A stretch of 64,000 bases of DNA from Trypanosoma brucei. Taxonomy: Eukaryota. The notes beneath the pieces were generated by a model. The model did not search any database, had not been told where the DNA came from, and saw only the letters and a program-made list of their open reading frames with translations. Both the position numbers and the translations under genes were made by a program. The first letter of the stretch is position 1, and every line of letters begins with the position of its first letter. The stretch lies in assembly GCA_000002445.1 (NCBI GenBank), contig CM000207.1, positions 352,001 to 416,000 on the forward strand, given 5' to 3'. Below are positions 42,301-51,011 of the stretch, one piece after another.

Positions 42301-45300
42301 CGTGAAGGCACAGATGATGGGTTCGTTAGTATCTCCGTTACTTTTGCCTTGAATGTAATGATCTTCAAAGGTGCCATTCTGATGAATGATACGCAACTGA
42401 TAACCCCTAATCGGTGTGTGCTCGTGCACAACTACTTCACCACGACCGCTAGCAAGCCAGTTCCTCTTCGCCTTGACGCTTTCCTTAAGGTCACGAAAGG
42501 TGGCAATCCTAGTGTATAGTTCTTGCTGCTCTTCACTCGAAAGCTCCTGTTCCTTTGCCTTAATGTCCTTGGGGCACATACTAGAAAACTCCTTGTTAAG
42601 CTCGAACAACTGCCTCTCGTCTGCTTCAATTTTCGCCGACACAGCTGGTGGTAAGCGATGCCAATAAAGACTGATAAAATGCTCACCAAACCGTTCATGC
42701 AGAAGTTCGATTGGCCTCAACGTTACGAACCGGTTGCGCTCACTCCATGGGCACCAGTCCCCCACGGCGTTCCGCGTCCGCACCTCCATCTCGAAAGGTG
42801 AATCGGGCGTGAGACCCTTCACGGTAATGGAGAGCACTTCGGGGCGTAACTGCACGTCAAAGAGGACAGAGTCTTCCCTTGGTAGACCCAAATCCATGTT
42901 TGCAACTGCTGGAGTTGACGGCTCCCCACCGTCCGAGGACGTCGCCAACTGGGCGCCACCAGGAGCCGACATGTCCACATGGGCGCACTCCATATGGCAT
43001 GCACTGGTAGCTCCTGACATCAGCTTGCGTTGCTGCCGCTTCATTTTGGTCAATAATCTCATAGATTCCGCTCGGCGCTTTCGCCCAACCATCTTTTGAG
43101 AGGGAGAATGAAGTAATAAATGATGAACTCCCTGAATGGTTGGCATAACTCCTTCACCATAAAATCGCAGGTGGTATCCTGTTACCTCTGGGTCGCCCAA
43201 AACAATGTTTTCAACACGGAGGTGATGTATTGCGTCATTGCGGACCGCTGCGTTGTGCTCGTGCCGTAACTCAAGGTGGTCTTTCAAATTATTCCGCTCC
43301 TCTGACTCCTCCAGTTCCTGTAACCGTCGTTTCATGTCGAAAAGTTCGTGTCGCTCACGCTCATCACAGCGTCGCTCCTCTGCGGTACGGCGCTCTTCAA
43401 GGAATGCTTCGTATTTTCTGACATCCTGCGGTATCCGGAACCAGCGGATAATCGCCATCGTCTCGGTGTGGTGCGATACTTCGGTAACCATGGAGGTGAG
43501 AGTTAGCACAGATTCACGGTGAGAAAGCATCGACCAGTGTCTCTTTTCACTCAATGAACGCACGCACACAGAATAAATCTGGTCGGGTTGGAGACCGGTG
43601 ATACGAACAGACATTTGGTACTTGGATAACGTAAGGCACTGTTGCACATCGCACGTAATGCCCTCAAGATAAAGCTCGTAACGCTCGATGGAGTAGTCCC
43701 CAATTTGCACTGCGTCCCAATCGTTGCCGTCATCCTCACCGTCCTCGACCTGTAATTTGCCTTCCACTCCATTGTCACTGGGAAGCACGGACGCCGGCTC
43801 AGGCTCGGCGTCGGACCCCGCATCCAGACCACTGAGGATATCAGTTTCTGTAAACATGCCGCAAAGCTGGGGCAAGTCCCCCAAGTCATCAGGTTTGTTG
43901 AGATCAGGCCGAGCACAAGCCCAATCGGGTAGCGGTCGACTCCAACTCACCAGAATAACATCTTCATACACGGAGTGTACCTTCACCTTCAGTCGACCCT
44001 GCGACACAAACTTCGTTACCTCGCTCCACGGACCCCAGTACCCCTCTGCCTTGGCACGCATGCTCACCGCGTATATGGTGTTACTCACAAGGTTTCCTAA
44101 ATGATACGAGGTTGCAGTGGGCTCAAGAGAGAGAACAGTATCCAGCGAAAGGGGGCCCTCGTACTTCTTTTTTGCCTTAGCATCCAACCGAGTGGCACGA
44201 AGCTCATACGCAGTCACTTTCACCACACCACGAATAATACCCGTTTCTGGGGTTGTGTCAAGCTTCCGGGGAACGCGTCGCCACCCCACCAAGCAGTAGT
44301 CCTCACCAATTTCGATTGGTACAACACCCATCGGATGAACCATTTCCACGACAGCCGTTTGGGAAAAAGTTCCCCATGAATCGGGCACGAACTTCCCTCT
44401 GAAATCAATCCGTTGCTCGCATACAACAACACGGTAATGCGCACCTGGGGTTAAATTACAGAGTCGCAGTGATCGCTGGGAGGTTTCGTATAGTCGGGCA
44501 CCGTTTACAAGAGGTTCATCACGCTCATCGAACGGCTCTTCCGCTGCCAGAGGTTCGATGTGCACCTGGTAATTGTGGATGTCCGCTTCCTCGGGGTAGC
44601 AACAGAAGCAGTGGCTCACTGCTCTTGTCATGGGTGGACGAGTCCATGAAACGTTTATGAAAGTTTCGGTTATGCTGTCAGTACTTAACTTTAGGAGCGG
44701 ACACGTTACCAATATCCGTGGCTTGCTCCAGTGACCCCATGTGTTGTTTTTATCCTGCGCCCGTACGGTAAGGGTGTACTCGGCATCCGCCTGAAGATTT
44801 GTAACTAGTCGACCCATTTCGGCCGCCGGAGCATAAAACTCTACAATATCATCTGCACCAGGTAGGCCACCGGAGAGGCGACGGCACTCCATCTGGACAT
44901 GCCACTGCAGGATATCAGGGCATCCACGCATCACCGTCTCATCAAAAATGTAATCATCGTCCCCGTCACCACCTTCACCACTCGCTAACTCAGAGGATGC
45001 AGTGCAACCATAAACATGTCGGGCACCACGACTAATAATCGAAACACAGCTGCTAGCCCTCCGCTTTATTTGTTCAACATCAGACCCGCCCACATCTCCT
45101 TCTGCCGCCAACGCAGCTTCAGACGCGGCGCTATAGCTTCCGGTGTCACTGCTCCCCTCACCGTCTGTGAAGCCGGAAGTGCGCCGTCCGCTGCGTCGGT
45201 CCACAAGGTCGCTGCGCCGCTCTGCCAGATCGCTGCGGCGGCCCCATTCCAACTGACAAAATGTTTCACCGACAAGCAGCACGTTTGCTTCAACTGATTC

Positions 45301-48300
45301 GAGAGTCACGAAGCGCCTAGAATCACTCCACAAACCCAGTTCATCATATGTATCTTTTGCTGACACTTCGACCGAGTATATCGTTGAAAGTTTCAGCGAC
45401 GACAGCGTACATGTTGTTTGCCTAAAATTGACATACTGTGATACCACTTCATTACCTTCCTTGTCCAGTACATGTACCTTGTACCCGCTCACGGCCCTAT
45501 CCACTGCATTCGTCTCACCTTCATTTTCCCAATTCCTATCACCTGCCCAATTTGGTCGAAACCAAGACACTGTGACGTAATCTTCACCGATGGCCGTAAT
45601 GTCCAACTGCAATTTCGGTAGCGTGCGTACGCGGGCCTCCTCGTTCCAAAATCCCCATATACCCTCGTAGCCCTTCGCACACAGCCAGACACAATACTCC
45701 GCAGATGGCTGCAGATCTTTGAGCCGGAAACTGCTGACGTACGGGCTGAGATCGTAGACGTAATGAACCGGATCACCGACTCTCTCCACCCTTAGTCTGA
45801 ATTGCTGCACAACATCCTCAGACTCAAACACCGCTTCGGTGTCACAGCGGTCAAGGCACGTGGGCAGATGGCGACGCCATTCAACAATGGCAAAATGTTC
45901 GCCAACGTTCCCGAATGTCACACGGAGCCTCGGTTTGGTGTGAAACGACCGGGTCGCCCAAATTCCCCAATCCTGCTTATCTGAGCCACGTGACCGCACA
46001 CCGAATTTATACACCGTATCTGGAAGAAGACCACGAAAAAACAGCTTGTTGTCTTGCACCTCCTTCGTGAATTTGAAATATCCGTCGCCAGCGATGCATA
46101 CCTCGTAACCTTTCGCAGTGGCATCGGTGTTGAGAGCAGTGTCAAAACTAACCAAATTGGAGGTGTCAGACATTCGCGACCACGAAACCCACACGGCATC
46201 TTCGGACACGTGGTGGATGGAGATATCCATTCCAGGAATAGTGCGCACCTTTGCTTCTGTGCTCCACACGCCCCACACTGAATTTTCTCCACAAGTTTGC
46301 ACCACGATACCGTATGTGGTCGAGGGTTGCAGTTCATTGATGTGCAGCGCAGTGAGAGAATTGCTTACTTCAATCAACTTCTGAAAACTTCCATCAATTT
46401 CACGGATTTTTACTCGAGAGGCTACAATAGTTCCCTGTTCAAGTTTCACCTCTGACGATCCACTAACGTGTGGCGGGATGTTGTGCTTGTTGCGTTTCCA
46501 TCCTACACTGACAAAATCTTCTCCAATATCAGTGAACTCTACCTCTGTGGGTGGCACCGTGGCGAAGAAAAGCGGGGGCTGCGACCACATACCCCATTCA
46601 CCGTTCGTCAATTTTGACCGGACAGAAACACAGTACACGGTGTTGGCACGAAGACTGGGGATGGTATGTTCTGTGTCTTCCGTTGTGCTACAAAATTCAG
46701 TTTGGTATATCAAACGGTGGTCGGCTGCGTTTACTGGCAAAGACGAATTATGCACACGCGGCTTAAGTTGTCCTGTGGAACTATGAGGCAACAAGTTCTC
46801 TACGGGGGATGTTACGCACAACATAAGGCAAGGACGGCACTGGCCAAATACTACTACTCTATCGTCGCTGCTTCTGTTTCCATCGTCCTCAGGAAGCCGC
46901 TTCTGTTGGTGGGGCCGGTGTACATTGATTTCACAGAACTCCTCGGATATAACTCTCGTCTGGATTTCCAAGCTCTTCATCGTAAGGCACCACAGTGGCG
47001 AGCTCCATGAGCCCCACTCCTCGTCGTTGTAATTTGCCTTTATTTCCACGCAGTAGTATGTATCCGGCTTCAGGTTGGAGATACGGTACGGTGAGTCTCC
47101 ATCGCCAAGAAAAACTTCGAACACAACACCCCCAACGTTGAACACCCGCAAATGATACGATGTTACGACACCCCTCCCGGTTGCGTAATTTTTCTGGTTC
47201 GGCGGACGACGCCGCTCCCAAGCAATTATGGCATAATCGTCTGCTACTTCTACAGCCCGAGTAAGGATGGTATCACGGGTGAGTATTTGCACGGGCGGGG
47301 TCCAAAGCCCCCAATCCCCACTTGGTCCAGCGGCTCGTATTTGAATGTTGTATGCCGTGGCGTGGTGAAGTCCGTAAATCTTAAGCTCCCGCATGTCCGC
47401 TGGTAGTGAATGGTCCTTGGAGTAGGACTGGTCAATACTCTGTATGCGCAGTTCCTGCTTTGTGACGGTCAAGTCTCCAGTGTGGACATCCTTGTTTTTC
47501 AGCGGATTGGCATCTCGGCTCCACACAATGCTTACATAATTCTCTCCGATGATGAGGTTGTTCACCGGAATTCGAAACTGTGCGTTTGAACGGAAGCGCA
47601 ACGGCTGACTCCACAAGCCCCACATCCGCGTGGACGTGCACGCACGCACGACAGCCATATATTCTCGATCAGGAAGCAGGTCTTCCACACGTAACGACGT
47701 GTGCTCACTGGACACAACCTTGTACCGGGCAACTTCAGAGTTCCCACCCATATGATAGCCACTCAGCGAGCTCGCCGACGACCCAGAGAGCTCCCGGCTG
47801 AAAACAAACACAGCATAGCTCGATACGAACATATCAGCAGCTGCCACGGCCACCGTATTGTCCCTGTCATCACCTTTTGTATTAATGCCGTCTCCACCCA
47901 CCAGAACATCGTCAACTAGCTGCCGCTCCCACATGAGCCGCACAAAGTCCTCTCCGATTTCGTCAACATGCATCATCATAGGAGCCAGTGTACGCAGCTT
48001 CACGCGACTCCAAGCACCCCACTGCTCCACCTCGTTGCATGCACGGACTGAGACGATGTAAGTTGTTGCAGGCTGTAGGTTGCTGATCTTGAAACTCGTT
48101 CCCAACATTTCCTCCCTTAGGACTTCGGTTTCCCCAGAATCAACGCAGTCGACGCAAAGCTCATACTTGAGATCGGCCCATAACTCAGAGATCCCCATAT
48201 CAGAAGATCCCATAGGTAGGGGTACGTCAGAGAGTCCACGACGCCACACAACCTGGGCGAAGTCTTCACCAATATCCCATAGTCTCACACCAAGTGGTTG

Positions 48301-49833
48301 CAGCGTTTGTGTGTGTTTGGGGTCAGTGAACTCACCCCATCCCTCATAACCAGTTAGACGATTAAATTGGTATGACCTGCATTTTAAAATATACATGGTG
48401 TTGGGCCTCAGCTTCTCTACAGTAAACATACATGTATCTCCATCTGACACGATTTCCTCATCTTTCACAACATTCAACTCGTCATGGCTCTCAACCTGCA
48501 TAATAACGATGTTGAATCGAGATGCAAAGCGGCCGTTGCACTCTCCCTCGAGTTTCATAGTTATGAAGTCCTCACCGCGCTCCAAAAAAGTTAATGAAGC
48601 CCTTGCCTCCGTGCGAAATTTCTTGGGTTCTGTCCACATACCCCACTCATTGTTCAAGAACGTCCGTATTGATACATTATACTCCGTCCCGGATGTGAGA
48701 CCCTCAATGTGTATGACTTTATCATCTGCCAACGGTCCAACATCAAGCCTTTCCTCCTGCTTGTACACAGAGTTAAGACTACTGAGACGGTACTCTACCT
48801 GAGTCTCCGTCTCTGCGTCGATCATTCTGGCCCAGGTAAAAGAAAGGAATGACTCCCCTGAGGCAACTACAGATAGCTCCGGACGACTAGCAGTTCGCAC
48901 GCAAAGCGGTTCAGAGCACCTCCCCCAATAGCCCTGCACGCTCAGGCTACGGACAGTGAAAATATAAGAACCCCCTGGTGTTAACTTATCTAGGCGGTAC
49001 GTCCGCTCTTGTTGAGGGAACTCAACAGAGCGAAAAGTCTGACAATCCGATTGAACCAGGACCTCATAGCGGTGCACGTCGTTATCTGGCACAACGTAAC
49101 CGATGGTATCGTCTGAAGTACTGGCTAGAGCCCAACTGACGGTAACAACATCCTCACCGCAGCTCAGGAGTGACATGACATTCGTCTGCCTAGTGAGGAA
49201 GCGACCAACCTCCACCCATTTCTTCATGGTGTTGATGAGCGTCTTGTACCGAATCATAACAATATAAGCCGTACCTGGCCGCAGACCTCGAACTATGTGT
49301 GTTCGCACACCTGTTTCGAAGCGGTCACAAAATTCCTGCCTCATATCAGATTCCCTGAGTACCCGTAACTCAAAGTCGTCAATATCGGCAATGGAACGGG
49401 TGGCATCAGCATCGATTTCCGCAGCGATGCCCGTTGGGGCCCTTGCAGGTCTGTCCCACAGCACACGCACGTAGTCCTCACCAACATCATTGATTTGGCC
49501 CGTAACCGCCGCCAAAGTGGCCGTCCGTGTCACCTCCGACCACACGCTCCACGACATCGTTTTCTCCGAATACACACGAACACGGGCCCTATAAAAACTT
49601 GAAGCCCGAAGCTTCACCACTTTGTGACGCTGTTTGATAGGCAAGACTATATCGTAGAGAGTTTCAACAGTGTCTTCCCCTGCTGTTTCCTCATCCACCT
49701 GAAGCTGCCACTTCGTCACGTCGGTAACGTCATTCCAGCTATGCTTAGAATCAAACTGGAACCCAAACTCCCCAAACATCTCGCCCATACGGTTCACAAC
49801 GGCATTGCACAGAATATCTGTATTAGCTTCCAT
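36394..49833 (-). CDS. giant protein (about 4479 aa) built from about 30-40 diverged fibronectin type III-like repeats, plus a Gly/Ser/Lys-rich low-complexity segment near the C-terminus
   Basis: One uninterrupted 13.4-kb ORF. Recurrent unit of about 100 aa beginning (I/V)GE(D)(Y/F)hxhxWxR and ending WGxWSxPxxF(R)T; at least 28 clear copies (e.g. IGEDFVRLMWERQ...WGLWSQPLRFRS; IGEDYVTVSWFRP...WGFWNEEARVRT). The C-terminal copies are canonical FN3 (PEPVTDLTVVGTTDNSVTLMWTP...YRVY...LEPSTSYTIQVV). No N-terminal signal peptide. The ORF-track start at 49852-49854 is TTG; the first ATG is at 49831-49833. Confidence 0.85.
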   Translation of the reverse strand: MEANTDILCNAVVNRMGEMFGEFGFQFDSKHSWNDVTDVTKWQLQVDEETAGEDTVETLYDIVLPIKQRHKVVKLRASSFYRARVRVYSEKTMSWSVWSEVTRTATLAAVTGQINDVGEDYVRVLWDRPARAPTGIAAEIDADATRSIADIDDFELRVLRESDMRQEFCDRFETGVRTHIVRGLRPGTAYIVMIRYKTLINTMKKWVEVGRFLTRQTNVMSLLSCGEDVVTVSWALASTSDDTIGYVVPDNDVHRYEVLVQSDCQTFRSVEFPQQERTYRLDKLTPGGSYIFTVRSLSVQGYWGRCSEPLCVRTASRPELSVVASGESFLSFTWARMIDAETETQVEYRLSSLNSVYKQEERLDVGPLADDKVIHIEGLTSGTEYNVSIRTFLNNEWGMWTEPKKFRTEARASLTFLERGEDFITMKLEGECNGRFASRFNIVIMQVESHDELNVVKDEEIVSDGDTCMFTVEKLRPNTMYILKCRSYQFNRLTGYEGWGEFTDPKHTQTLQPLGVRLWDIGEDFAQVVWRRGLSDVPLPMGSSDMGISELWADLKYELCVDCVDSGETEVLREEMLGTSFKISNLQPATTYIVSVRACNEVEQWGAWSRVKLRTLAPMMMHVDEIGEDFVRLMWERQLVDDVLVGGDGINTKGDDRDNTVAVAAADMFVSSYAVFVFSRELSGSSASSLSGYHMGGNSEVARYKVVSSEHTSLRVEDLLPDREYMAVVRACTSTRMWGLWSQPLRFRSNAQFRIPVNNLIIGENYVSIVWSRDANPLKNKDVHTGDLTVTKQELRIQSIDQSYSKDHSLPADMRELKIYGLHHATAYNIQIRAAGPSGDWGLWTPPVQILTRDTILTRAVEVADDYAIIAWERRRPPNQKNYATGRGVVTSYHLRVFNVGGVVFEVFLGDGDSPYRISNLKPDTYYCVEIKANYNDEEWGSWSSPLWCLTMKSLEIQTRVISEEFCEINVHRPHQQKRLPEDDGNRSSDDRVVVFGQCRPCLMLCVTSPVENLLPHSSTGQLKPRVHNSSLPVNAADHRLIYQTEFCSTTEDTEHTIPSLRANTVYCVSVRSKLTNGEWGMWSQPPLFFATVPPTEVEFTDIGEDFVSVGWKRNKHNIPPHVSGSSEVKLEQGTIVASRVKIREIDGSFQKLIEVSNSLTALHINELQPSTTYGIVVQTCGENSVWGVWSTEAKVRTIPGMDISIHHVSEDAVWVSWSRMSDTSNLVSFDTALNTDATAKGYEVCIAGDGYFKFTKEVQDNKLFFRGLLPDTVYKFGVRSRGSDKQDWGIWATRSFHTKPRLRVTFGNVGEHFAIVEWRRHLPTCLDRCDTEAVFESEDVVQQFRLRVERVGDPVHYVYDLSPYVSSFRLKDLQPSAEYCVWLCAKGYEGIWGFWNEEARVRTLPKLQLDITAIGEDYVTVSWFRPNWAGDRNWENEGETNAVDRAVSGYKVHVLDKEGNEVVSQYVNFRQTTCTLSSLKLSTIYSVEVSAKDTYDELGLWSDSRRFVTLESVEANVLLVGETFCQLEWGRRSDLAERRSDLVDRRSGRRTSGFTDGEGSSDTGSYSAASEAALAAEGDVGGSDVEQIKRRASSCVSIISRGARHVYGCTASSELASGEGGDGDDDYIFDETVMRGCPDILQWHVQMECRRLSGGLPGADDIVEFYAPAAEMGRLVTNLQADAEYTLTVRAQDKNNTWGHWSKPRILVTCPLLKLSTDSITETFINVSWTRPPMTRAVSHCFCCYPEEADIHNYQVHIEPLAAEEPFDERDEPLVNGARLYETSQRSLRLCNLTPGAHYRVVVCEQRIDFRGKFVPDSWGTFSQTAVVEMVHPMGVVPIEIGEDYCLVGWRRVPRKLDTTPETGIIRGVVKVTAYELRATRLDAKAKKKYEGPLSLDTVLSLEPTATSYHLGNLVSNTIYAVSMRAKAEGYWGPWSEVTKFVSQGRLKVKVHSVYEDVILVSWSRPLPDWACARPDLNKPDDLGDLPQLCGMFTETDILSGLDAGSDAEPEPASVLPSDNGVEGKLQVEDGEDDGNDWDAVQIGDYSIERYELYLEGITCDVQQCLTLSKYQMSVRITGLQPDQIYSVCVRSLSEKRHWSMLSHRESVLTLTSMVTEVSHHTETMAIIRWFRIPQDVRKYEAFLEERRTAEERRCDERERHELFDMKRRLQELEESEERNNLKDHLELRHEHNAAVRNDAIHHLRVENIVLGDPEVTGYHLRFYGEGVMPTIQGVHHLLLHSPSQKMVGRKRRAESMRLLTKMKRQQRKLMSGATSACHMECAHVDMSAPGGAQLATSSDGGEPSTPAVANMDLGLPREDSVLFDVQLRPEVLSITVKGLTPDSPFEMEVRTRNAVGDWCPWSERNRFVTLRPIELLHERFGEHFISLYWHRLPPAVSAKIEADERQLFELNKEFSSMCPKDIKAKEQELSSEEQQELYTRIATFRDLKESVKAKRNWLASGRGEVVVHEHTPIRGYQLRIIHQNGTFEDHYIQGKSNGDTNEPIICAFTVKQLVWNTMYTALLCCDYGVGWGPWTPPLKFMTQSLIQLSITCISETFVDIEWHRAPNKRLPPIDEANTLRSDASSHEGCVCQLRITWESENEDDEGKICEEYRTMRSCCVFRVDKLQVDTKYTFEVREWGAEEAWGLWCAPKTCVTMPGMSATVEKLGEDWAQITWRRRDRRVDYDNDMNVLQHGVDNEMFYVRVLELQDNGVDGESCEEPAVSEEELAPKTLADEIVGVLTTTQQTQGPLPPQEHPVEYESDGSGRLHLTRRFNKDTFSFRVENLKQDRFYSVQVMSVTTGGQLGAWSAEQHFLTMSKIRVNVKHIDEQYAEIEWKRVPPRQHPRMDMAEVFTGSYVASAYMIDVLGRDGLQLNVVLTGATNTYYRLKSLNLDTVYTVRVLSIDECEASSMWSEPLRFVTLKRLEVYPTQITEHSVMLEWGREEQQPKGDEGTEYEGRFDPTICVGCRDCSGYLLRIYRCDEASRKLLCEKRFAGDLQEYRLDSLTPNRPYTFKICASNNLGEWGFWSEERCVYTMKLISAEVLAIGEDYVRLHWRRKEPDELQVMVRTSTDTNGTLSDEGEETSNGGSSGRDSDDNTPITVGESSRSVGGQTGDFSESSGFAAESQTTLEREDGRRSSFRAMSPDKLKPGLCQKRYPLLDQPEVRSAMYNSAKTRVAYYAITFVQEGEDEGVTFNVPGEKTTFTVSSLKPDKRYSLAVRACYGSGEFGLSSTHVTCGTLNLLSVELIGLGEDYLTASWQRLPNSFATSDLQPSDVEELICYELAVHDFTDVSYGEEDAEELPPRLRRTMIIPSNVRNSTVKELLSHHRYRVSVRRWYKPHEEFVVDTIHPELPQAEDEGIVEALNQSRAEPGAWSDGLYDVTLRDMVCFMDDGAEDFFAVHWERDPRAQPLPVRNPFPPKPVDSYQLRVYEVGPNAAANEGSLLIDKPLSGSETTYVARNLRHDSLYRIHVRCCVDNVWGRWSRIVHVMTLPKFAVEMSSIGENYAEFSWQRPRRSLLLPDGSEALCGNDDFLSTFQVDVIGLEHSYHISKQFKGARNSYRAKLLEAATVYSVSVRSLDSRRESWSPWSDRTFFATLKPMQLIVSSPGEQFATVEWFRDEQTVQEYADIVGCCGETPASADEPESLPSTTNNAVAAVPVVLGTPEVIAYHLCVFASQHSPALAIVDKQFPKDVNRYRICSLEADAAYVVVVRSCNTDSRWGLWSKEGLFRTQRVLRLDVVNVGEIYVRMKWDRGEGDRSEEKCNSQPRLDPCEYQLVLKGGNETVEHVINPSDCGVTDDEFLLPTYLLEGLSPGLDYLMALQPRYDELSWGQWTPTVGFKTLCPICVALNGVTCDSAEFTLNRMEPPPPPEASPDATGSAAGRTSTGKGRTGSRGRKGTRSPKGSKGSGGSKRGKSGKGAAAKQSPSPVSERSLLPRLVSPPDAQSSGSPTGIASPPAHGDPLLGGARIVDGEVGEEGSMERKAVVQIVKKYQVEVRKTDEIPSKDKDDDGDEVNATAVNNDAAATVYTVSAGEAAEALPRAAAPLEVEPADTQLPAASGAAAAVEGEVDGANAVDVGAACTVGAGPTEEGGDDFLPDWRRIVLCASQAKPYFRQLEFDVEGEEGPMKNITIDGLTGCTSYTVKVRAMDEHNSWGAWVEVNLTTAPFPPQSVTLRRQNAQTGLLQWEAPDCYHAYRYVVEQSHSPTDSRGKPKGSVEWRVIDIVEETNCRVRFTGPAAKVRCRVKCSLVDEGSPFSEYCEPVGVTSGTAPEPVTDLTVVGTTDNSVTLMWTPSRSETSSNRSGNRVINYRVYIGVRNCTPILASTVSDSTFTLEGLEPSTSYTIQVVTECKDGISYNNPIVNATTRSEKDVAITLPQIVDPSQEFAAGEHSPTAKVITLPEISSAHHVMIPQPPSKGKRGKGDMRDAMRHAASSSGSSPAPGGVKVPSLPINAPLSGRAAAGRAQKTARVGLSRR

Positions 49834-51011
49834 CTTACTTTTGTAATATACCAACCTGATCTTCCCTCACCTTCCCCCTTTCCTCTTCCTTATTTACAAA
49901 TAGTGATCCGTACTGTTTCCCTTCCTCTCTCCCTGATTAGTCACTATTCCTCCCCCTCAATTCCTTCCGTTCTTGAGCGGATGTCCCTTTTTCTCTAGAT
50001 GAATGTGCCGGAACAAACTTTTTGCCGGGCAGTCTCTTGTCGTGTTGCGTGCCCCCTTTCAGTTACCATGCAACGTAAGACAACAGTAGCAGGTGGGAAG
50101 TACAAATGGACAACAGAAACGAGACGGGACAACAACGAATATCCCCTCTCTACGACTCCGTCGTACACTCCGTCTTCCTTTTTTGGTTTGTTTCTCACCC
50201 TGCTGCAATAACGGAAGTAGCCACCAAAAAAAAATCGGAGCCCAAGAAATTAAAGAAAGGCAAAGATGCAAATGTGACGAAAGCGGTAGGAAATCGAAAC
50301 AGCAACTTGGGTTAGGATGAACAGAGCGAAAAGGAAAGGTGGCACATAGGTATTCACAGCCGTGGGCCTCAATTTATGAGAAGGAGGTGAAAGAACATGT
50401 TAAACAGAAAAAAGTGTAAGCACTTCAGCACGAAAAAGTGGAAACCTAAGGTGTGGTAGACAACAAAAAAACGCTAAAACAAAAAAGAATTAGGTCCACG
50501 CACACTTGCGCTTGTGTAAAACAGTCTCCGAGATAACAACTCCTAAAAAGGAACAAAAGAACGGGGCATGGAAAACAAAAAACAAGTGAAAACGGTCCTC
50601 AGTATACGTAACGGTGAGGAAGGACGTGATGTACCCGCTCCGACGGCCACGCATCCCGCACTGACAGGAGAGAGGTGGGAGTGGGGAAGAGTGCGAATCA
50701 ATCGTGACACACATCACGGAAGGGGCACCACATATGCCACAGCAACAGAAAACATATTTTGCGCCCTGAGAGACACATATCGCCTTGCGGTGGGCCCCCA
50801 GGCACCCTCAGGTGTAGACACACACGACGGAGTTTGTGAGTTTACTATAAACAAAGAAAATAAAAAAGAGAATCGGCAACCAACATTTCGCTTCCTTCCT
50901 CCGATCTAGGGTCCCCGTCAAAACCTCTAGTGGGAAAAGAAAAGTGAGGCAACGATCACGACAATGCTACAGAAGAAAGACATAAAATGGAAATGAGGCG
51001 GCGTCCCAGTC

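Noticed and set aside
41746-42519. 257-aa plus-strand ORF (and many other 60-160 aa plus-strand ORFs between 36394 and 60026)
   Set aside because: It lies antisense inside the 13.4-kb minus-strand FN3 CDS. Long GC-balanced coding sequence produces chance antisense ORFs. No motifs, and the orientation is opposite to the transcription unit.
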